From Candidatus Hadarchaeota archaeon (GTDB taxonomy: Archaea > CAYQAE01 > CAYVLA01): DNA of 13,859 nucleotides. Below the pieces are notes generated by a model. It was not told the origin of the DNA. It saw only the letters and a program-made list of their open reading frames with translations, and searched no databases. The translations under genes were made by a program, and so were the position numbers. This document shows positions 8,294-13,859 of the stretch, in pieces. Location of the stretch: positions 41,429 through 55,287 of the forward strand of contig CAZUNO010000019.1 of assembly GCA_964621445.1 (NCBI GenBank), read 5' to 3'. Position 1 is the stretch's first letter; the number at the start of each line of letters is the position of its first letter.

Positions 8294-9094
8294 ATGAGGA
8301 TGGCCATTAGGATCGGGTATCTGGGGGAGAACTATCACGGATACCAGAGACAGCCCGGGTTGTCCACCGTGGAGGGGGAGCTGATAGAAGCCCTAAAGGA
8401 GTCGGGAATAATCCGTGGCCCGGAGGAGGCCAACTTCGCCTCTGCGGGACGCACGGATAGGGGCGCAAATGCAATATATCAGGTCATTGCCGTCGATCCC
8501 TCGATGCCAGCGGTGGCCGTATGCGAGAGGTTGAACTCCAAACTGCCCGATGATATATTCTGCCTGGGAGTACGGGAGGTGGATGATGGCTTCCATCCCC
8601 GTCGGGACGTGGTCTCTAAAACCTATCTCTATCTCCTAGATGAAAATTCCCACCGAATGAACTCCTTGGATGAGACCTCAAGGTTATTCCTGGGCGAGCA
8701 CGATTTTTCACAGTTCTCACGGCCCTGTGGCAGGAGGCCATTAAGGTCAATTGAAGATATTCGCATTGAGAAAATGGGTGGTATGCTTGGCCTGTTTTTC
8801 ACCTCCAAGGGGTTCCTGTGGATGCAGGTCAGGAAGATGGTCTCGGCGATAAGGCTCATGGAGAGCGGGAGGATGGGGAGGGATGTTGTGGAACGAGCAC
8901 TTGAGGGTCAGGCTAGTTTATCCCTTGCTCCGGCTCTTCCCCAAAATCTTGTACTATGGTACATTGATTATGGGGAAATGGGACCATCGATTGAACCTAA
9001 AGCGTTCGGAACAGCAAAAGAGTTTTTAGATCGATCGATAAGGATGCTGGAAATAAAACTGGCGGTTAGAAGGTCTCTCCTGGCCGCCCTGTAG
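8294..9094 (+). CDS. truA: tRNA pseudouridine(38-40) synthase
   Basis: Motifs Y.G..YHGYQRQP...TVEGEL, catalytic AGRTD.G, LN..LP.DI, FHPR, FLGEHDFS.F and FLWMQVRKMV. SD GAGGTG lies upstream. Confidence 0.93.
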   Translation: MRMAIRIGYLGENYHGYQRQPGLSTVEGELIEALKESGIIRGPEEANFASAGRTDRGANAIYQVIAVDPSMPAVAVCERLNSKLPDDIFCLGVREVDDGFHPRRDVVSKTYLYLLDENSHRMNSLDETSRLFLGEHDFSQFSRPCGRRPLRSIEDIRIEKMGGMLGLFFTSKGFLWMQVRKMVSAIRLMESGRMGRDVVERALEGQASLSLAPALPQNLVLWYIDYGEMGPSIEPKAFGTAKEFLDRSIRMLEIKLAVRRSLLAAL

Positions 9095-9100
9095 ATGTAT

Positions 9101-9174
9101 GCCCCGGTGGCTTAGTTGGTTAGAGCGCCTGCTTGGTAAGCAGGAGATCGCGGGTTCGAATCTCGCCCGGGGCT
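9101..9174 (+). tRNA. tRNA-Thr(GGT), intronless, CCA not encoded
   Basis: Acceptor stem GCCCCGG/CCGGGGC, D arm GCTTAGTTGGTTAGAGC, anticodon arm CCTGC-TT-GGT-AA-GCAGG, T arm GCGGG-TTCGAAT-CTCGC, discriminator T. Confidence 0.96.
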
Positions 9175-9289
9175 GGTTCCATTAATTACTTCAGTATGCG
9201 TGAGGATTCTTGTATTGTAGGTGGGGGCTGTGTTCTGGGAGGGATTCTCGTTGAGGGTCTGTGGCTTTGTCCTTGTAGCCCCTTTGTTG

Positions 9290-9855
9290 CTGTTCTTTGC
9301 TGCTCTGGGTCCTGCTGGTGTTTTGGGTGGGGAGAGGTTGCCGAGTGATTCCGGGGTGGTTGCGGAGAGGTCTGTGGGGTGCACGACACAAAGACGCTTA
9401 CCATGGGAGCATCTCTACTTCTTTTGGTATTCCCAGTACCCTGCCTATATCCACGCTAAGATCCCCAGAGTCAGATGCAAAAAAAACACGGTACAAGACT
9501 GGTCAACATCCCCTGGTCCCGGCCTAAGTCCAGGTTCTCTTGGGTCTTTGAGATGTTTTTGGTTATGCTCTGTTCGGAGATGTCTATCTCTGCAGCCGCC
9601 GTGATGGCTGGGGTCCACTACAACTCTGCATGGTGAATACTCCACCACCACGTGCGGAAAGCGAGGAGGATACATGACCTATCCGGGTTGAGAACGGTGG
9701 GTGTGGATGAGGCCGCAGTTATGAAGGGACATAACTATGTCTCGGTCTTCTCTGTGTTTTGTGACATCGACAGATGCAGGTGGTGGATGTAGAGGAGGGA
9801 AGGGACTCCTCAGCCCTCACCAAGTTCAGGGAGTGGGTTGACGAGGTCCATGCCC
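9290..9855 (+). pseudogene. ISL3-family transposase remnant (N-terminal part)
   Basis: Stitching frames gives LFFAALG / CGEVCGVHDTKTLT / WEHLYFF..QYPAYIHAKIPRVRCKK / HGTRLVNIPWSRPKSRF..FE....LCSEMSISAAA.....W*ILHHHV......DLSGLRTVGVDE....KGHNYVSVF..D / VVDVEEGRDSSAL..F. This matches the ISL3 order of zinc finger, HTH and first DDE Asp. There are several frameshifts and a TGA at 9634. Confidence 0.85.
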
Positions 9856-10075
9856 GGTTTCGGCCACCCGATCTTCTCCATCACCCTACTCGCTACATTC
9901 TGATCACTGCCCTGGAATCCCTGACTGAAGCTGAGCCCTCTGTCATCGCTCACGGATATCACTTCACCGGTCCTTGCATCGATCTCGATGCGGGCTATAG
10001 GAGCCGGCGATATCTTCCAGGACAGACAATCTGGTGAATGAAGGTCACTGCAGTCCCGGTGTTATTCCATGATCC
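9855..10075 (-). pseudogene. Fragment of a PepSY-motif extracellular protein
   Basis: The minus strand reads LSWKISPAPIARIEIDARTGEVISVSDD...ASRVMEKIGW. IEIDARTGEVI (9989-9957) matches the PepSY consensus end, IDA.TGE(V/I). There is no intact start and the frame is broken upstream. Confidence 0.55.
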
Positions 10076-10147
10076 CACTGCGAATAGCCATTCTGACAAG
10101 TGTTGGTCTGAGGAAGGTACAAAGACCTGTAGAGACACCCTATCTAG

Positions 10148-10810
10148 TCGTCCGGCCACTTCACCGAAATCGTGGAATCGATGAGAGACCGAGTGTCAGT
10201 GTCACGCCCCAAGATCTCAAGACGGCTGAAAAGCTTAGTTGATCAAGGCGTCGTTGAGAGGACGGTCACAACGGATTGGCCTCCAAAGACGCTCTACGCC
10301 CTCAACCGCGAGGGCAGCTCGCCTCCGGACGTGAGGACAGGCAGGCCCGGATCCTTGCGGGGGAGTCCATCGAGGGCCGAAGTATGGCGTCGAATGCGAA
10401 CCGAGCTCAGGGCAAAGCTCCTGCCGGTCCTCGTGCCTGCTTGCCTTGCGGTTTGCCTGGTTATGGCTTTCTGTGCCGTCCTTCAGGATAGAGAACAGAT
10501 CAGAAGCCTGGAAGCCGAGATCAGGGTCAACCAGGAGAAGGCCCGATCCACTAGCGAGAGTCTTCACAGAGCCTCCCGGCTTCTGGAAGACATCACGGAG
10601 AAGCTGAGCGACACAAACCTGGCCCTTGAAAACAGGACATCCCAGCTGGTTCAGATCAGGTCCCAACTGGCAGCTGTGGAATCAATGCTTACGGGTCCAG
10701 AGCCGTTCTCCGTTTCGAAGGTGGAGATTAGCGGGTGTACCACTGTGAAGACCGGTTACCCAAGGGTGCCTTCTTGGCAACCGTCACAACCAGAGGGGGC
10801 GGACACGTAG
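10148..10810 (+). CDS. HxlR-like winged-helix + transmembrane helix + coiled-coil protein, probably degenerate at both ends
   Basis: HFTEIVESM...VSRPKISRRLKSLVDQGVVERTVTTDWPPKTLYAL is an HxlR-type pattern. It is followed by LLPVLVPACLAVCLVMAFCAVL (TM) and a heptad-like segment. An in-frame TAG at 10145 cuts off the expected first helix; the first available start is GTG 10172. Confidence 0.65.
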   Translation, partial: SSGHFTEIVESMRDRVSVSRPKISRRLKSLVDQGVVERTVTTDWPPKTLYALNREGSSPPDVRTGRPGSLRGSPSRAEVWRRMRTELRAKLLPVLVPACLAVCLVMAFCAVLQDREQIRSLEAEIRVNQEKARSTSESLHRASRLLEDITEKLSDTNLALENRTSQLVQIRSQLAAVESMLTGPEPFSVSKVEISGCTTVKTGYPRVPSWQPSQPEGADT

Positions 10811-11150
10811 TGGATGAGCATGGGAGCGGCGGGCTTCATCTGGGCTGAGGAGGATTATTCTGAATGACCCGTTCCCGTGCCCCAGCAAGCGCAGGTACCT
10901 GTAACAAGATGATAGACAGAAACGATCCCACCCCACACGGCCTTATCCTATCTTGGAAGGATACTGGAGAATCATCGGTAGGATGTGACGCCGATTCTAT
11001 GGGAGTATGCAGAGGCCTACAGGAACACAACGCGAGGATATATCCAACAGCTACGACTGGAGACCGTTACAGGGCGCATCCATAGGCACATACAAGCAAG
11101 GATTTGGGCTGTCTTTCCACCTACCTATGCACCAGAACCGTCGCGGCGAG

Positions 11151-11189
11151 GTAGGCAAGTACGTATGTAAGTAAGTACGTACGACGTAA
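11151..11189. repeat. Degenerate (GTAN)n tetranucleotide tract
   Basis: Sequence reads GTAG GCAA GTAC GTAT GTAA GTAA GTAC GTAC GAC GTAA. Confidence 0.6.
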
Positions 11190-11280
11190 TTATCTGCAAT
11201 GCATTCCACCTTAGATGTGGTGGGAGATTATGTCGGCCAGACCTATTCTACATTGCTACTCGAAAGCTGTCAGGGAGATA

Positions 11281-11889
11281 GTGGAAATCAGGAAGCGCCG
11301 TTTGCTGGTGGCGGTACTGGCAGCAATCGTAGGTACATCCTTCGCCTCTATAGGCGCCTTGCCTGAGATTTCGGGACCCGATGCGCCACCGCATGAGATT
11401 GCAGGTCGAGGTGGCGAAGGGACGTATACTATTGTGAACGAAAGGGGTATCTTGGCTGTTAGATGGGAGGAACCAGACTATGCGTTTGTGGATGGGGGTT
11501 CATCGGGAGGTCAGGATGTCACGGGCTATGCAGCAAATCGAAGTATTAGCGAGACCTACGGTTGGATCCAGGTCGACGCAGAAAACGAAGGCGGATGGGG
11601 CTGGGTCGCACATGGCTTCGAGACCTACTCCAACTCGATTGGGGGATACAGTACAGCCGTCTACAGATACTACATCGAGTACGACGATACTAACATCGGT
11701 GCAAAGGCCTGGGCGCAACTCCACCCCGAGCGTTTCGACGGAGCAGTAAGCCTCGCGGCAGATGATGCTGACAGAGAGATGGCTTCGGAGGGTGATCTGG
11801 GTCCTCCTCGCATAGATATACGGGAGGCCTGGGCGCAACTCCACCCCGAGCGTTTCGACGGAGCAGTAAGCCTCGCGGTTGAGTGCTAG
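11281..11889 (+). CDS. Secreted or membrane-anchored hypothetical protein with a duplicated C-terminal peptide
   Basis: RKRRLLVAVLAAIVGTSFASIGA is signal-like, followed by an acidic, aromatic- and Gly-rich domain. AWAQLHPERFDGAVSLA occurs twice. GTG 11281 is preferred over 11215 as the start. Confidence 0.7.
   Translation: MEIRKRRLLVAVLAAIVGTSFASIGALPEISGPDAPPHEIAGRGGEGTYTIVNERGILAVRWEEPDYAFVDGGSSGGQDVTGYAANRSISETYGWIQVDAENEGGWGWVAHGFETYSNSIGGYSTAVYRYYIEYDDTNIGAKAWAQLHPERFDGAVSLAADDADREMASEGDLGPPRIDIREAWAQLHPERFDGAVSLAVEC
11705..11878 (+). repeat. Perfect 54-bp direct repeat (11705-11758 and 11825-11878) with a 66-bp spacer
   Basis: AGGCCTGGGCGCAACTCCACCCCGAGCGTTTCGACGGAGCAGTAAGCCTCGCGG is identical in both copies, with a period of 120 bp. 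Confidence 0.97.
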
Positions 11890-11956
11890 TTGGGGGTTAC
11901 ATGGCAAACGATAACGCCGCATCGTGCTGCTGTAATTCAGGACCGAGGATGGTTGT

Positions 11957-12130
11957 TTATGAAGGTTGTGGTGGGTAAGAGGGTAAGAGGGTCATCATTG
12001 CTCTGGCTCTCGCAGGTTTATTGTTGATATTTGTAGCAGGGTATGACCTTATTGGGTTGAAGCCCAGGACCCCCGTCTCCTGCAACAGTCTGAGGATCTC
12101 CTCTTCAGTTTCGTCAAAATCGGAGCCCAT
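11957..12130 (-). pseudogene. Truncated helix-turn-helix regulator N-terminus
   Basis: The 57-aa ORF starts MGSDFDETEEEILRLLQETGVLGFNPI, a typical D..E..IL.LL...G...F..I wHTH start. The resemblance is lost after about 12050. Confidence 0.5.
11959..12060 (+). pseudogene. N-terminal signal/TM remnant disrupted by an 8-bp tandem duplication
   Basis: GGGTAAGA occurs twice, then GGGT (11973-11992). Removing one unit gives MKVVVGKRVIIALALAGLLLIFVAGYDLIGL. GAGGA lies upstream of the ATG. Confidence 0.6.
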
Positions 12131-12850
12131 AGACTACAGTTACCGTCTAGACCATATTATGACTTCGTAACATCGCTCACCCCCAGATCACGAGAAGACC
12201 AACCATTCTGCCCTCCTGAAGCTTGACTTCTCTCCATGGGCCTAGCGATGGCACACCTCTGTTCAGCGTAGATCCAGCTGTTTTTTCACGCAACCATCAA
12301 TTGCAGCAGGGCCTCGAGCCAGCTATCTCTCCCCCAATTCTCCAGGGGAGAGAAACGGATAGATGAGCACGCTACGCCGGGATAGAGAAGAGAGGCCGGG
12401 CACCTCAACGAAGTCTTCTATAGGAGAAGCAACTGTACTGATCTCTGAGAACGGCCCTAGAAGTCACTAGGGATCTCTGAACGTCTCCAGCTGGATAATA
12501 CCTAAGGTTGACCAGAGCAAGATCCAAAGGGGGGGACCCGGTCCAACCTACTGGGAACATGTGAACCAATCACTCCTGGACACGGATCGCTGACCGCATT
12601 GCATGATCGTGTAACGGACCCGTTCTTGTCGGCCGGCATCATGGGCGGGGTTGTATAATGGATATCCGTACTTGGGTTCATGGCGAGGTAGATATCGGAC
12701 GGGAGGGGAGAGGCATCCTGCGATGATCACCGCTCCTCTTCCGCCTTCAACCCAAACGGCCTGATCTGACACCGACAGATCTGTCACATTCGCTAGTTTT
12801 TTATGGGTGACCCGCAGAAGATTGAGTGGTCGGGGTGACCGTGGGGTAAG

Positions 12851-13603
12851 GTGAGAATCTTGCGCAGTTCCGGAATAGTGAAGATTTCCCCTAAGAGGAT
12901 TCGCGTCGTAGGTGTGGTTGGGATTCCACGTCTAGTACGCGGCTTGGTTTTACTCTGGATCGTTAGCATTCTGTTGGGAGTGGCTGCCGGAGGCATCCCC
13001 TCAGATCATTATTGGTATAGCGGAGACTGGCAGCCTCTGTCATCCTTCGATTGCGCAGTCTACACACATTTCTATGCTGATGATTGGGGATACGAGGCTG
13101 CCACATATGGTAACAGGAATGATAACTACCTAGAAGGTCGAGCTGAGAGTGCATCTCTGTGGTGGTACTTCGGTCACGGACACACAGATGCTGGGGGGAA
13201 ATCCCGCCTGAATTGTAATGATCCATGGGGACTATATTATTGGGAATGGGTTAGAGCCAGGGATATTGAAGATTTGGATAGTTGTGATCAAATCCTCCTT
13301 GTCGCGGCCTTCGCGTGCCATTCCTATACATACGAGGACCTAGCCGAGGCCTTTGTCATTACTCAGCAAGCTGATTGTTATTTGGGATTTAGAGACATCG
13401 TGAACGACGATGCTATGTGGAGTGTCAGTAGCAAGTTTGTTGAGGAGTTGGATGATGATAAGACGATTACCCAAGCGATTAGCACAGCTCAGAACGAATG
13501 GAACGAGGCCAACCCTCCGGAACTCCATGTCGAGTATAGGATCTTGGGAGCAGGAAATGTCAAGATCACGCCGGTACGGTATGGGAGGGCGGACTATCCT
13601 TAG
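12851..13603 (+). CDS. Secreted clan CD (caspase-hemoglobinase fold, gingipain/C25-like) cysteine peptidase
   Basis: Signal-like GLVLLWIVSILLGVAAG; WWYFGHG (His codon 13175); LLVAAFACHS (Cys codon 13316); then LAEAF...ADCYLGF, F..EL....TI.QA...A and YRILG. The true start may be GTG 12878 or 12914. Confidence 0.75.
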   Translation: MRILRSSGIVKISPKRIRVVGVVGIPRLVRGLVLLWIVSILLGVAAGGIPSDHYWYSGDWQPLSSFDCAVYTHFYADDWGYEAATYGNRNDNYLEGRAESASLWWYFGHGHTDAGGKSRLNCNDPWGLYYWEWVRARDIEDLDSCDQILLVAAFACHSYTYEDLAEAFVITQQADCYLGFRDIVNDDAMWSVSSKFVEELDDDKTITQAISTAQNEWNEANPPELHVEYRILGAGNVKITPVRYGRADYP

Positions 13604-13621
13604 TTAAGGAGGCTGATGTGG

Positions 13622-13859
13622 ATGACACTGAGAAGCTGGGTTCTGATTATGGTCCTGATGGTTGGTTCGGTCCTGGTTGCTGGCTCAGGACAGGCTGAAG
13701 AGGGGTCTGAATCTTTCGAGATCGTCCAAGAGGTGGCAGAGCGAGTATACGGACTCCAGACGAAAGATTGGAGGATTGAAAGCCGTGTGGGGGTCTTCGA
13801 TGCCTTCTACGATTTCGAGTGTCGGGAACTCCTAATCACGGTGAATGACCGGGAGGGAT
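13622..13859 (+). CDS. Secreted protein, possibly PepSY-like; 3' end outside the window
   Basis: SD AAGGAGG at 13606-13612 precedes ATG 13622 (ATG 13616 is also in frame). The frame is open to the edge: MTLRSWVLIMVLMVGSVLVAGSGQA|EEGSESFEIVQEVAERVYGLQTKDWRIESRVGVFDAFYDFECRELLITVNDREG. It is not in the ORF track. Confidence 0.8.
   Translation, partial: MTLRSWVLIMVLMVGSVLVAGSGQAEEGSESFEIVQEVAERVYGLQTKDWRIESRVGVFDAFYDFECRELLITVNDREG

Noticed and set aside
9634-9636. In-frame TGA as selenocysteine or a recoded stop
   Set aside because: It sits in a multiply frameshifted transposase, at a position where the family pattern is W-R-I-L. Intact genes in this window use TGA as a stop.
9112-9675. Cluster of short ORFs overlapping the tRNA and its flank
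   Set aside because: They are explained by the tRNA, the skewed composition and the ISL3 fragments.
10811-11170. Short ORFs 10864-11085, 10985-11170 and 10836-11030
   Set aside because: They have no recognisable motifs. They may be the decayed continuation of the 10148 gene, but this cannot be supported from sequence alone.
11705-11878. Mini CRISPR array
   Set aside because: There are only two repeats, a 54-bp repeat with a 66-bp spacer is atypical, it lies in frame inside a CDS, and no cas genes are present.
9221-11878. Diversity-generating retroelement, suggested by the A-depleted tract and the repeat pair
   Set aside because: No reverse transcriptase is in the window, the repeat copies have no adenine-specific mismatches, and no template for the A-poor tract was seen.

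Overview
This looks like archaeal DNA: the tRNA-Thr has a U73 discriminator and no encoded CCA, and there are TATA-like boxes and GAGG/GGAG-type SD motifs. The window has three zones. (1) Left accessory zone, 1-2900. It holds a secreted WD40/beta-propeller gene running off the left edge (missing from the ORF track), an acidic TIM-barrel glycoside-hydrolase-like gene, and a small divergent winged-helix ORF. (2) Core block, 3019-9174. It holds citramalate synthase (cimA), a sugar-phosphate nucleotidyltransferase with a catalytically degenerate phosphohexomutase-like partner, a TraB-family protein, truA and tRNA-Thr(GGT). (3) Variable, decaying region after the tRNA, 9175-end. It holds a frameshifted ISL3 transposase remnant, a PepSY-motif fragment, an HxlR-like wHTH/TM/coiled-coil gene, a secreted protein with a perfect 54-bp direct repeat, two head-to-head truncated genes, and an intact secreted clan-CD (gingipain/caspase-fold) cysteine peptidase followed by a secreted PepSY-like partner. 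All family calls come from motif recognition by eye; no database search was run.
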